64,000 bases of DNA from Terriglobia bacterium (GTDB lineage: Bacteria > Acidobacteriota > Terriglobia > Bryobacterales > Bryobacteraceae): positions 84,142 to 148,141 of the forward strand of contig CAVYEV010000018.1 of the NCBI GenBank assembly GCA_963767545.1. The letters are read 5' to 3'. Both the position numbers and the translations under genes were made by a program. Shown here one piece after another: positions 1-11,384 of the stretch. Within the stretch, counting starts at the first letter, position 1, and each line of letters begins with the position of its first letter. The notes beneath the pieces are model-generated. The model did no database searches and was not told the DNA's origin. It worked only from the letters and a program-made list of their open reading frames with translations.

Positions 1-2
1 CG

Positions 3-812
3 TGGGCGACGGGCGCGTTGGCGGGAGGCATCTGGGCGCCTGGAGGTCTCGCCACCGACGGCACGTCAATCTTTGCCGCGACTGGCAACACAGGTGGTAC
101 GGACACCTGGATGAATGGCGAAGCTATCCTGCGCCTCGGCCCTGGCGCAACCTTCTCGAACGATCCCGCCGATTACTTCGCGCCCTCCAACTGGCTTTAC
201 CTGGATGACACCGACTCTGACGTGGGCGGTTCCGGACCCTTGTTGCTCGACGTGCCGGGAGCGACGCCGTCGCGTTTAGTCGTCGCCCTTGGCAAGAACG
301 GCGTCGCGTATCTGTTGGATCGCGATAACCTGGGCGGCATCGGAACAGGTGATGGAATTTCCGGCGAGGGACTACAGAGCGCGCTCGTGAGTAGCGGATC
401 GATCGTCAACGCTGCTGCCGCATATACCGCCGCTTCTGGCACCTATGTTGTCTTCGAGTCCACCACCAACGGAATCGGCTGTCCCGGCGCGCCCGGCGAT
501 CTGGTAGCGCTTAGGATCGGTGCCACGTCGCCTCCAACAATCACCGTCGCGTGGTGCGCCAATAACCTGGGCGGCGGATCGCCGATAGTCACGACCACGG
601 ACGGCACTTCGCAACCCGTTGTCTGGACCGTCGGCGCGGGTTACACCAATCAACTGCACGGGTTCAATGGAGAAAACGGAGAAGTCCTCTACGCCGGAGG
701 AGGCCCGGATGAACAGATGGGTAACGTCCAGCATTTCCAAGTTCCCATCGCCGTTAATGGACGCATCTTTGTCGCCGCCGACAACCAACTCTACGCATTT
801 ACGGTGCAATAA
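3..812 (+). CDS. PQQ-like/BamB-like beta-propeller repeat protein, C-terminal part (5' end outside window)
   Basis: The frame is open to the window start. Gly/Thr/Asp-rich repeated blade-like segments (GKNGVAYLLDRDNLGG, VNGRIFVAADNQLYAF) are typical of PQQ-type propellers. Confidence 0.6.
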   Translation, partial: WATGALAGGIWAPGGLATDGTSIFAATGNTGGTDTWMNGEAILRLGPGATFSNDPADYFAPSNWLYLDDTDSDVGGSGPLLLDVPGATPSRLVVALGKNGVAYLLDRDNLGGIGTGDGISGEGLQSALVSSGSIVNAAAAYTAASGTYVVFESTTNGIGCPGAPGDLVALRIGATSPPTITVAWCANNLGGGSPIVTTTDGTSQPVVWTVGAGYTNQLHGFNGENGEVLYAGGGPDEQMGNVQHFQVPIAVNGRIFVAADNQLYAFTVQ

Positions 813-873
813 AGTTAACGAGCTACCGCCGGCGTGATGTTTTTACAAACCGAATATTTAATCGCGTATTGCC

Positions 874-1107
874 CTACTGCCCTTTCGCGACGGTTTCTCG
901 GCATTTCTCGAATAACTGAAGCAGCGCGTCCGCATATTCTTCAGCCGTCTTCGACGCCTTGCCCGAGAATCCCGCCGCCGACGTCGCGCCTTTGCCGTAT
1001 CCTGTGGTAACGGCGATGAATTTCATCATCTCCAGCGCAACTTCGTTATTGGTCGCACCGGGGCGTTTTTCTTCCGGCGGTCGTGAACTTGTAGCTTCTT
1101 CAGGCAT
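874..1107 (-). CDS. small hypothetical protein (77 aa)
   Basis: Only an intact ORF divergent from the HipA-like gene; no recognisable motif. Confidence 0.3.
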   Translation of the reverse strand: MPEEATSSRPPEEKRPGATNNEVALEMMKFIAVTTGYGKGATSAAGFSGKASKTAEEYADALLQLFEKCRETVAKGQ

Positions 1108-1156
1108 TTCCCATCCTCTTGAGTGGAGTATTCCAAACTTCTAGCGTATCCGTCCC

Positions 1157-1987
1157 ATGCCAGTTACTGCAAGGAGGCACATACGAAAGATGCGAGGCGG
1201 CGCTCAATCGCATCTCATCGAGGCTTCGGACGGCCGCTACTACATCGTCAAGTTCCGCAACAATCCTCAGCATCGCCGCATTCTGGTGAATGAACTCATC
1301 GCCGCCGAAATCCTCTCGTATCTACACATCTCCGCTCCGCCCTGTGAGCTTGTGCGCGTCCCGGAAGAGTTCCTCCGTGAGAATCCCGACGCCAACATTC
1401 AACTGGGCAGCCGGACCATTCCCCTCGATCCCGGCTGGGCCTTCGGCTCGCGCCATCCGGGCGATCCCAACATCACCGCGATCTACGACTTCGTTCCCGA
1501 TTCGCTACTTGCCCAGGTTCACAACCGCGCCGATTTTCTCGCGATTCTCGTATTCGATAAGTGGACCGGCAACGCGGACGGACGTCAATCGATCTTCTTT
1601 CGCGCGCAGCTACAGGACTGGGTTCCGGCCGTGAAGGGTAGCGGAAAGAAAATGGGATTCATCGCGCTCATGATCGATCACGGATTCATCTTCAATGGCC
1701 CTCATTGGAACTTCACTGAATCGGCTTTGCAAGGCCTGTATCCACGCCGCATGGTATATGAGCCCGTGGCTTCGCTCGAAGACTTCGAACCGTGGCTCGA
1801 ACGCATTCTCCATTTTCCCGACGAAGTGCTGGACCGCGCCATGCGCCGCATCCCGCCGGACTGGATCGAGAATGAAGAGGATGACCTGCAGCGCCTCCTC
1901 GAATCTCTGATCCGCCGGCAGAAGCGCATACATGAAATCGTGGCGCAGTCCCAGGCAATCTTCCCCAACTGGAAAGAGCGAAGCTGA
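1157..1987 (+). CDS. HipA-like (HipA_2 type) kinase family protein
   Basis: Intact 276-aa ORF. N-terminal RGGAQSHLIEASDGRYYIVKFRNNPQ and DKWTGNADGRQ motifs resemble stand-alone HipA-family kinases. Confidence 0.55.
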   Translation: MPVTARRHIRKMRGGAQSHLIEASDGRYYIVKFRNNPQHRRILVNELIAAEILSYLHISAPPCELVRVPEEFLRENPDANIQLGSRTIPLDPGWAFGSRHPGDPNITAIYDFVPDSLLAQVHNRADFLAILVFDKWTGNADGRQSIFFRAQLQDWVPAVKGSGKKMGFIALMIDHGFIFNGPHWNFTESALQGLYPRRMVYEPVASLEDFEPWLERILHFPDEVLDRAMRRIPPDWIENEEDDLQRLLESLIRRQKRIHEIVAQSQAIFPNWKERS

Positions 1988-2001
1988 ACAGGGCCCGCTT
2001 G

Positions 2002-3144
2002 CTACACGTCCACCCACGCGCGCTTCTTCGAACTCTCCAGCACCTTCTCGACAATCTGCAAGCCCGCGCAGCCCATCCACGAACTGCCCGTATTCGACGG
2101 GCGCGCTGCGATCCTCCACCGTGCGATAGAACCGCCGCATCGTCTGCTTTGCGTGTCGTCGTAGCCTTCGCTATGGCCGCCAGGCAGATCCGCATAGGTC
2201 CGCGCGGCCGGCACATCAGCGACGGATCCTTCACCATGATGCGGTTCGGCTCATTGCGATGCCCGATCCACAACGTGTCCGGCGATTCCTGGTCCCAGTC
2301 ACCGAGGACTTCGTCCCGTAGATCTCGATGCGGAAGTAATTCTTGCGTCCGGCCGAAACCTGACTGACGGTCATCGCCCCGCGCGCCTTGTCGCCCAGGC
2401 GCAGAATCATGGCGCCGAAGTCTTCGGTGTCGATCGGGACCTCCTCGTAATCGCCCGGCTGAGCGTCTTGCCGGCGAACGTCTCGATCTCTCCTTTGGGC
2501 CGCTTGCGGGTATTGTGGAAAGTCGGCAGATCCGCGCAGAGCGACTTGATGCGCAGCCCCGTGGTGTGCTCGATCATGTCGCACCAGTGCGTGCCGATAT
2601 CGGCGAAAGCAGCGCGACGGGCCGTTCTCCTTCGGCTTCGATCCGCCAGTTCCAGTCGGTGTCATAGAGCAGCCAGTCCTGCGAATATGTGCCCTGCACC
2701 GCCAGATCTCGCCCAAGTTCGCCGCTCTCGCGCATGCGGCGGATCTGCTGGCACATCGGATAATAGCGCAGATTGTGAAAGGTGCAGTTGGCGAGATTCT
2801 TCTCCTTCGCGAGGTCGACAAACTGCTGCGCTTCGGCCGACGAAGTGGCCAGCGGCTTCTCGCAGATCACGTGCTTGCCCGCGTAGCAGAGCGTCCCGCG
2901 AGATCGGGAAGTGCAGCCCATTGGGCGTGCAGACGTGCACGGCGTCGATGGTCTTGTCGTCGAGCAGCGTCCGGTAATCGCCGGTGTAGCGCTCGACTCC
3001 GATCTGATTGGCGAAGGTTCGCGCCAGTTCATCGGTCGACGAGGCGACTCCCGCGATCTCCACATTGCCGAGACGCCGGACGGCTTCCGAGTGGGTGCGT
3101 CCCATGAACCCAGTTCCAAGTATTGCTGTTCTGATTTTTCTCAT
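2002..3144 (-). pseudogene. Gfo/Idh/MocA family oxidoreductase, at least 4 frameshifts
   Basis: N-terminal Rossmann motif [21 protein letters not shown] starts at ATG 3144. It continues colinearly ([34 protein letters not shown]) through ORFs 2662..3384, 2574..3119, 2231..2821, 1713..2273 and 2002..2214 in different frames. Confidence 0.7.
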
Positions 3145-3212
3145 CGAAGGAACAATGTATCGCAGTTTCCAACCCGGCAAAACATCGCTGAAACACCGAT
3201 GGTGTAAAGTGT

Positions 3213-3548
3213 TTGAGTATGGTCGTCCGAATTCGATTCCGCAGCGGTCCCCGAGTGGAGCGGAGGAAAGGCAAGAACAGCCGTGTGGCATGGCTGACCG
3301 CGAGCCTTCTGACCTTGGCATCGGTCTCGTGTCTGATCCTCGGTTTGTGGCGCCTCGGCGTTGACGTCGGCTGGACTGGAGCATTCGTCTTTCAGGACTC
3401 GATCTTGTCTCACTGGCAAATCTGGCTCGGCGCGGCGCTGATCATTCAGACGGCTGCCTGGAAACTCAACCGCTATGGAAAGCCGCCGCTCGAATCCGAT
3501 CCGGCAAAACAAGACGAAAAAGAACTCGCAGCCAACGCCAACGCCTAG
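3213..3548 (+). CDS. hypothetical membrane protein (111 aa)
   Basis: Intact ORF with two hydrophobic helices (WLTASLLTLASVSCLILGLW, IWLGAALIIQTAAW); no family recognised. Confidence 0.3.
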   Translation: MSMVVRIRFRSGPRVERRKGKNSRVAWLTASLLTLASVSCLILGLWRLGVDVGWTGAFVFQDSILSHWQIWLGAALIIQTAAWKLNRYGKPPLESDPAKQDEKELAANANA

Positions 3549-3564
3549 AAGTGCCGTGCCGAGC

Positions 3565-4890
3565 ATGACGATCGCCCGATTCCTCCTTCTCCTCCCTCTA
3601 TCGCTAACCCTCGCCGCCGCCGATCTCCGCCCGCTAGTCGACCCTGAGTTGCCCGCTCTCCTGGCGATCTACAAACAACTGCACGCGCATCCGGAACTGT
3701 CGCATCAAGAAGAGCAGACGTCCGCGTTTCTCGCGGCCGAATTGCGCAAGTCTGGCTATTCGGTCACTGAGCATGTCGGTAGATACCCCGATGGCAGCCA
3801 GGCTTTCGGCGTTGTCGCCATCCTCAAGAACGGCGCGGGTCCGGTCGTCCTTCTGCGTACCGAACTCGACGCGCTTCCCGTGGAAGAGAAAACCGGATTG
3901 CCATTCGCAAGTAAAGTCCGTGGCAAGAATGCAGCCGGCCAGGAAGTAGGCGTCATGCACGCCTGCGGACACGATCTGCACATGACATCCTGGCTGGGAA
4001 CCGCGCGTTTGCTTGCCTCATTGAAAGACCATTGGAGCGGCACCGTGATGTTCATCGGTCAGCCTTCCGAAGAGACGATTGACGGAGCGCGCGCCATGCT
4101 GGCGGATGGACTCTATTCGCGCTTCCCGAAGCCAGACTATGCCATCGCGCTGCACGACGAGCCGAGCATTGAAGCCGGAAAAATAGGCGTCATTTCGGGT
4201 CCGATGTACGCTACCGCAACCTCGGTTGAAGTGATTATCCGCGGCGTTGGCGGCCATGGCGCGCATCCGGAGGCGACGAAGGATCCCGTCGTCATGGCCG
4301 CGCAATTTGTCCTGGCTATCCAGACCATCGTGAGCCGCCAGAATTCGCCGCTCGACCCCGCTGTCGTTACCGTCGGCTCCATTCACGGTGGAACCAAGAA
4401 CAACATCATTCCGGACGAAGTGGTCCTCGAACTCACCACCCGGGCCTTCAGCGAGAGCGTTCGCGAGAACATCCTCGCGTCCATCAAGCGAATGGCTCGC
4501 GGCATAGCCTTGACCGCCGGCGTTCCCGAAGATCGCGCGCCCATCGTCAAGGTGAGCGAGACGGAGGTGGTCCCGGTCACTTACAACGACCCGGCACTCG
4601 CGGCGCGTCTCAGGTCCGCCTTCGCCGCCTCGCTTGGAGCGGGTAATGTGACGGAGCCGAAGCCGATTATGGTAAGCGAAGATTTCGGTCTTCTCGGACT
4701 GAACCGCCAGATTCCAATCGTGATGTTCTTGCTCGGCGCGAATTCCGCACACCAATTGCAGGAGAGCGAGCGTTCGGGAAAACCGCTGCCATCGCTGCAC
4801 TCGAGCGGGTTCTTTCCACAAGCCGAACCGGCCATCCGCACGGGCATCATAGCCTCGTCCTCCGCGGTTTTGGAACTGTTAAAGAAATAG
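3565..4890 (+). CDS. M20 family amidohydrolase (hippurate hydrolase/aminoacylase-like), secreted
   Basis: Start moved to ATG 3565 (MTIARFLLLLPLSLTLAAA signal peptide). HAHPELSHQE, MHACGHDLH, RGVGGHGAHPE and VSEDFG motifs are typical of M20D amidohydrolases. Confidence 0.8.
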   Translation: MTIARFLLLLPLSLTLAAADLRPLVDPELPALLAIYKQLHAHPELSHQEEQTSAFLAAELRKSGYSVTEHVGRYPDGSQAFGVVAILKNGAGPVVLLRTELDALPVEEKTGLPFASKVRGKNAAGQEVGVMHACGHDLHMTSWLGTARLLASLKDHWSGTVMFIGQPSEETIDGARAMLADGLYSRFPKPDYAIALHDEPSIEAGKIGVISGPMYATATSVEVIIRGVGGHGAHPEATKDPVVMAAQFVLAIQTIVSRQNSPLDPAVVTVGSIHGGTKNNIIPDEVVLELTTRAFSESVRENILASIKRMARGIALTAGVPEDRAPIVKVSETEVVPVTYNDPALAARLRSAFAASLGAGNVTEPKPIMVSEDFGLLGLNRQIPIVMFLLGANSAHQLQESERSGKPLPSLHSSGFFPQAEPAIRTGIIASSSAVLELLKK

Positions 4891-4894
4891 ACAG

Positions 4895-5074
4895 CTCCTG
4901 CTTATCCGGTTGTTTCAGCAAGCCACTAGATGTTGTGGTCGGCCACGGCAGGTGAGCGCCGACGTTGCGTCGCGCCTGCGGGCCTGTCGCGGCCCAGCGT
5001 TGGTCGCGCACTCGCGGACCACGCGACAAACGCTACCTATTGTATTTTGCTGAAAACAACCGGATAAGCAGGAG
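4895..5074. mobile_element. MITE-like 180-bp element with 27/28-bp terminal inverted repeats and ACAG flanking direct repeat
   Basis: 4895-4921 CTCCTGCTTATCCGGTTGTTTCAGCAA equals the reverse complement of 5047-5074 apart from a 1-nt indel. ACAG lies immediately outside both ends (4891-4894 and 5075-5078). It sits in a convergent intergenic gap and has no coding capacity. Confidence 0.5.
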
Positions 5075-5244
5075 ACAGCTAGCAGCTACCAAAATTGCAA
5101 TCTGAGCCGCGACTATCAAGGAGTCGGCACGACCGTGCCCAGGCAACGATCCTTGCTCATTTGTACTCACCGAAAGGGCCGATTAATGCAGATGCTTCCA
5201 GTGCACGCTTATGAGCCCATTCCGCCGAAGCGAAATGCCAAACG

Positions 5245-6214
5245 CTAGCGCTCGAAGCTCTTCAAGAAGATGTTCTCGAATCGTTCACGGCTGGCATCCA
5301 GTGCGACTTTCGCATTCGGTGCTCCTGGTTCGAGGACGCTGCGCCCGGCCTCATTTCCTCCAACGCGCAGGGTGACGTGCGCGGATGTCCAGGACGCGAC
5401 GGCCGGATCGAGGAGCGCTGCGGCGGCGAGCGGGTCCCACGCATAGAAGAATCCCTGGTGGATCATGTCGCGCGCACCCTCCAGCACGTGGCTGACGATT
5501 TCCGCCAGCGGATTCTTGGCCTGCCGGTTAAAGCGCTTGAGAAATGTGTCATCCAGTTTGACCCGGCTGGTCGCATCGAGCGGCACCACGCGGATTGGTA
5601 CGCCGGATCGGAAGACCTTTGCCGCGGCTTCCGGATCGGCGAAGAAGTTCCATTCCGCCGTGGTGTTGGTGGTCTTGTAGGCTCCGCCGTCGCCCAGGTT
5701 GCCGGGAACGCGGAACGCTCCACCCATGATGACGATCTCTTCCACGGATTTGGGACTGGCACCGTCCAGAGCCAGTGCCACATTGGTCAATGGTCCGAGC
5801 GCGAGAATACGAATCGGGATGCGATTGATCTTTCAACCGGCGATTCAACCAGTCTTCAGCGCGTTGAGCGTGATGCTCAGCCGGGGCCGGCATCCCGGTG
5901 AGCGGCCGATCTGACATCTCGCGCCATTCGCTGGGGAAATCCGCGGTTCGCTCCAGAGGAGTTTCGCGGCCTTCGAGCACCGGTATCGGACCGCGGCCCG
6001 ACGCCTGCACTAATCTTCGAGCATTTGCTGCGCCGGGCGCGACGTGCGCGAGTCCATTCACCACGGTAATGGCTTCGATGGGGATCTCGCGGTGAGACAG
6101 AAGAAGAGAGATCGCCATCACGTCATCCGATCCCATGTCGGTATCGATGATGACCGGCGTCGCGCCCTGTGCGGAGATGATGGCGAAGAGCAGCAAAGTT
6201 GTCTTCTGTACCAT
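5245..6214 (-). CDS. inosine-uridine preferring nucleoside hydrolase family protein, secreted (1 frameshift near 5800-5830)
   Basis: ATG at 6214 and signal peptide MVQKTTLLLFAIISAQGA, followed by the IUNH signature VIIDTDMGSDDVMAI. The C-terminal half continues in ORF 5245..5790. Confidence 0.75.
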
Positions 6215-6899
6215 ATCGTTAGTTACACGACTACACCGGATTTTACAATGCTCCTCGACAGACCAACTCTTTGCTTCACTGTCCCCAAAAGCGGCAATTG
6301 ATCGTACTTGGCTGCCGGAAAGGGCATCGGCACACAAGTGTTTGACTGGGAGCCGACCAGCGAGCTCTAGACGCACACCGATGCTTCCGGCCAGGTGAAT
6401 GAAGCGATGGCGCTGCAACTTTTTGAAAAGCGGCGCTCGATTTTGCCGAGTATGGCGTCGAAGCGGTTGCTGTGGGATTATTCTCGGTGATGCCGCCCAG
6501 CAGACGACTAGATCCTCGCCGAGTTCTGGAAGCGATGGAATCGGTCAGATGAAACTGAGCGGGTCGGGAAGGGTCGTTCGGTTGGGCGCAATACAGCCGG
6601 CCACCTTACCGCAGCGGCGCACACGGCTGCGACCGAACCAGGCCGCAAATGACCCAAGTGAAGAAATTCTCCAAGGAGTCCGGATCGATCGGCTTCAAGA
6701 GCATCGAGAGTAGCGGCATAGGCTTTCCTGTCAGGCGTTATTATACGCTCAGAAGAGTGTGGCAAAGAAAGAAAGAAATTGCGTTGCACTTCTATGTCGC
6801 GCACCCCACCGTAGTTCGGTGCATTGACAGCGATCTGTTTTGTTTGAAATACTTGCTTCAACACGGGTCCTGCCCGCGTACTTTGCTTCATGAGGTTCT

Positions 6900-9800
6900 A
6901 TGTCGATCCTGTTTCTCAGACTTGCTTCGCTGCTGCCGACCATTCTTGCCATAACTGTTTTGCCATTCGCCGCCGACGCGCAGGTCCTGTACGGCTCGTT
7001 AACCGGAAACGTGACCGACCCTTCGGGTGGCGCTGTACCCAACGCAAAAATCGAAGCTCTTAATGTGAGCACTGGTATCGCGAAGCGGTCTTCGACGGAC
7101 GACCGCGGCGTGTTTCTACTCCCGGACCTCCAGGCGGGCATCTACAAGGTGACGATCACCGCGCCATCCTTCGGTACGAGCATCCATTCCGGTGTTCAGG
7201 TGCAAGAGAACACGGTCCGCCGACTCGATGTGCAGGTTCAGGTCGCTGCCGTCGGACAAAGCGTTACCGTTGACGCGTCTTCCGCGGTCCTTCAGACCGA
7301 CCGCGCCGACGTCAACACGCAAATCTCGAAGACGGACATTGAGGATCTCCCGCTCACCGGAACCAATGGCAGCCGCAACTTCGAAAGTATATTCATCACA
7401 GTCCCGGGGTTCACGCCGCCGGTCGCGAACAGTTCCACAGCCTCGAATCCTACCGAGTCGCAGGCATTCTATGTCAACGGCTCGAGCATGACCGGCAATA
7501 ACATGAAGCTCGATGGCGCAAGCGATATCTATCCTTGGCTGCCCCAGATCGCCAGTTACATTCCGCCGGCCGAATCCATTCAGACAGTCAACATCGTTAC
7601 CAACAGCTTCGACGCCGAACAGGGGCAGGCCGCTGGATCGGCGATCAATGCGATCATCAAGTCCGGCACGAACCAGTTCCACGGCGGTGCCTGGGAGTAC
7701 AACACGAATAGCGATCTCAAGGCGCGCAACTTCTTCTACTATGGCGCGAAAAATCCGAAGAACATTTTGAACCAGTTCGGCCTGGACGTTGGCGGTCCGA
7801 TCATAAAGAACAAACTGTTCTTCTTCGCGGTGTGGGAACGAACGCTACGGCGCACGAATACCTCTCTCTTCCAGACCGTCCCGACCGACGCTTTGCGGCA
7901 AGGCAATTTCGCCGGCACCGGCACCACCATTTACAATCCCGCCACCGGGACGGCGACCGGGACCGGCCGCACGCCCTTTCCCAATAACGCGATTCCCGCC
8001 TCATCGATCAATCCGGCTGCCGCCAAGATGATCGCGCTGATCCCCGAGCCCAACGTGATCGGCGGTATAGGGAACGACTACGCTGCCAGCGGCGACGTCC
8101 GGTTCACGCGCGATAACGTCGACATGAAGATCAACTACAATCCTACCCAGAAGAGTTCGATCTTCGGCCGTTACAGTATCGCGCCGAGCCTTGTGTTCGA
8201 TCCACAGGCATTGGGCGCGGCGGGTGGACAAGCCGTCGACGGAGGGCAGCCAGGCAACGGTCCGGGCCGCATACAGAGCGTTTCACTTGGAGGGACTTAC
8301 ACCATCACTCCGGCGCTTTTGCTGGACGTCAATGCCGGTTTCACGCGCTTGCATCTTTCCGGCCAGAATGTCGACATCGGCAAGAACTACGGGTCCGACG
8401 TCCTCGGCATTCCCGGCACGAACGGTCCCAGTCCGCTCGATGGCGGCTATCCCAGTTTTGCGGTAAGCGGCTTTTCGAGCCTCGGCAATACGAATGCCTC
8501 CAACCCATTCCTGTTCCGCGACAATCTGTGGGTGGAGTCGGCCAATCTCAGTTGGATCAAGGGCGCTCATTCATTGCGCTTCGGCGCAGAGATCTTCCAT
8601 TACTCCATCATCGACTTCCAGGCCAACAGCACCGTAGGCGTGCGCGGAGGGTTCACTTTCAGCGGCGGATTGACGGACCTGAACGGCGGCGCTGCGCCAA
8701 CCCTCTACAACGGATTTGCCGATTTCCTCCTCGGTATGCCGACCGCCATGAACCACGATTATCAGTATGTCGATCCCGCCGCGATCATCGAGAGTTCGTA
8801 CGGCTTCTACGCCCGCGATCAATGGCAGGTGAGTCGCAAACTGACTGTCAATTACGGATTCCGCTATGAGATTTATCCTTACAGCCACGCGGAGCACGGC
8901 ATCGACGGCATCCATTACGATCCCGCCACGAACCTTGTTCATCTCAAAGGCACGAATGTCGATACCGGGCACGGATTCATTGCTCCACGACTCGGGATTG
9001 CTTATCGTCTGGATGAGAAGACGGTAATCCGAACCGGCTATGGAATCAATACCAACGCCGAGAGCTTCCGCAATAATGTACAAACCTATCCTGAGACGAT
9101 TACCGCGCAGTATAGCGGCGCCAACGCATACTCCGCGGCGGGCAACCTTGCTTACCGGCATTCCCGCCATTGTTGGTCCGAATCTCACGGCAAGCACTCT
9201 GGTTCTGCCGGCCAACTACGGTTCATGGAGCTATCCAACGCCTTACCGCCGCGGCTATGCCGAGTCCTATAACTTCACCATCCAGCGCGATCTAGGCAAG
9301 GGATACAGTCTCCAGGCCGGTTACGTTGGGACCCGCGATGTTCGCCCAGCGGCGGAGTTAATATCAACGCCGCTCCTCCCAACGGCGGTAAAGCGGGCCA
9401 GCCGCTGTATATTCTGTACGGCAATGCGTCTACGATCAGTTCCATGCTTCCGATCGACGCCTCGAAGTACAACTCGCTGCAGGTTCGCGCCACTCACCGC
9501 GTGGCGAATGCGAGCTTCGGCGTCTCCTATACGTTCTCGAAAGCTATGGATGCGGCCGACAACGAAGAAGGCGGCTCCCTAACTTGGAATTGGGCTCCGA
9601 TCATGTACCGAAATTACGCTCTCGCGGGTTACGATCGGACGCACAACTTCCAACTCTATGGAACATACGCGCTGCCATTCGGCAAGAGCCGGCAACTGCT
9701 GAATCATGGTATTGCCGCTAAATTGGCCGGCGGATGGCAGGTCAACGCCATCATGAGCCGCGAGAGTGGAACGCCTTTTACGGTGAGCGCTTCCGCGACG

Positions 9801-10172
9801 TCGTTAAATTCGCCCGGCAATTCACAGACTGCCAATCAAGTGCTCCCAACGGTAGAGATTTTGGGCGGCCATGGCCCGGGAAACCCGTACTTCAATCCGG
9901 CCGCATTCGCCGCGGTAACCACGCCGACTTTCGGGAACACTGGCCGCGATATCCTGCGCGGTCCAGGACTGTTTAATCTGAACGGCAGCGTCTTTCGCAG
10001 CTTTTCGATCAGGGAGTATCTGAAGCTGCAATTCCGCGCTGAAGCATTCGGATTGACGAACACTCCGCAATTCGGCAATCCGAGCGCCACTGTCGGCAGT
10101 TCGACGCTGGGCATCATCTCGTCTTCGAGCGGCGACAGGCAACTCCGGTTCGCGCTGAAATTGACGTTCTGA
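6900..10172 (+). pseudogene. TonB-dependent receptor with N-terminal carboxypeptidase-regulatory-like domain (2 frameshifts near 9145 and 9350)
   Basis: Signal peptide, then YGSLTGNVTDPSGGAVPNAKIEALN (CarboxypepD_reg), plug and barrel, ending in terminal RQLRFALKLTF. The three colinear ORFs are 6900..9272, 9040..9582 and 9444..10172. Confidence 0.8.
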
Positions 10173-10228
10173 ATTAGGGCAATTATAATACTTGCTAAAT
10201 CCTTAAAACCGGGATAGTATCGATCCGT

Positions 10229-10257
10229 GGAAGCCGCTCACCAGCTTCCGCAGTTTT
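10229..10257 (+). terminator. weak hairpin plus T-run downstream of the TonB receptor
   Basis: GGAAGC-9 nt-GCTTCC followed by GCAGTTTTGG. The stem is short, so support is low. Confidence 0.25.
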
Positions 10258-10419
10258 GGCGCAGGTGGCGGGCAAGAAACGATCTAATTGCGTTTAAGAC
10301 ATTGGTTTATCTGAATGTTAGGCTAAGGAGGCAATGGCGCCTTCCCCGACTTTGAGATTTTTGTCAGGACGAATCAGCCTGCCGTTTGTCCTCTGTGCCA
10401 ACAGATTTCGACGGCTACC

Positions 10420-11100
10420 TACAGTGGGTGCACCCGGCATCGGGGCGACCCACCGTGGCGCGCTTTGCGAGTGTCCTTCGGAGCAGAAGAATGACCTCCG
10501 CAAAAGTGCCGGGTCAGCAAGTCGGTTTGCTGTTTTGACAGAGCACATCCCAACAATGCGATGACATTGGGAAGCCCCGCCTGGGATGAACATTCATGCA
10601 GTCGAAAAAGCCCTCGACGAGCACCACGCGACGACACTGCCCGAGGACGGCGCGATGAAGGTTGAACAGTTCGGCGGTCTTGCGAAACGCCGGGGGCAGT
10701 TTGTACTTTGGTAGTTCGCCATCTACGGACCGGCCCGCATATGCGACGAGGGCGCCAGCCTGATTGTGAACCGGAATCGCCACCCTTCCCGACAGGAATC
10801 CCCGCCCGGAGTAGCAAGCGATTCCGAACACGCCGGCCGTCGCGAGTGATATGCCGCGACCGACGATATATTCGTGGGACGCATCAAGCCCGTACAGTCG
10901 GAAGCCCAGCGTACTATTTGGCCGATCCCGCAGTCGCCTTGCTGACGCACCTGACGCTGTTGTCCCCGCATGGTTCGGTTACGCTAAACCATTGTTTGAG
11001 TTGCAATCGCGACGGCCAAAGTGTATACGTACCGGGAGATCGCGCCCGTCGAAACACTGGATCTACCGGTACCCGAGCGTGGGCGAGCGTGGGCCGCCCG
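10420..11100 (-). pseudogene. DnaG/phage-type primase (Toprim) gene relic, multiple frameshifts
   Basis: ORF 10514..10831 carries GRVAIPVHNQAGALVAYAGRSVDGELPKYKLPPAFRKTAELFNLHRA and VVLVEGFFDCMNVH. These resemble the primase KYLNSPET..LF and Toprim EGxxD motifs. The downstream part (LPNVIALLGCALSKQQTDLL) is in another frame, and the upstream zinc-finger region is unreadable. Confidence 0.45.
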
Positions 11101-11384
11101 GTGGAGTTTGGATTTTGTTTGTGGTAAGTTTGACGATACGGTAAGCGCGAAAAGACGCTCGGTAAAGGTCAATGAGCTCTCTTCAGGGAATTTTTCTGCG
11201 TTGAAAGAGAGTCGGATTGAGGGAGGAATTTTCCGTGCCAGAACTGAACTGGCCGAGTAAACGGGGCTGCCGCGCCAGGGGTGCGCAGCGCCCTCCCAAG
11301 TCTTGCCTTCGTCCCGGACGGCTTGGTCCAGATCAACAATTTCTAGTGTCAGTGTGCCGTGAGCGCGGAGGGGACAGGTAACTC

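Noticed and set aside
3475-3564. 30-codon N-terminal extension of the amidohydrolase ORF.
   Set aside because: The internal ATG 3565 is followed by a canonical signal peptide. The extension also overlaps the upstream 111-aa ORF.
6215-6899. Long (685-bp) leader between the nucleoside hydrolase and TonB receptor genes, checked for a riboswitch or regulator gene. ORFs 6399..6713(+) and 6508..6891(-) lie here.
   Set aside because: I could recognise no B12-box or other riboswitch core. The ORFs have no family motifs and odd composition, so the region is left unannotated.
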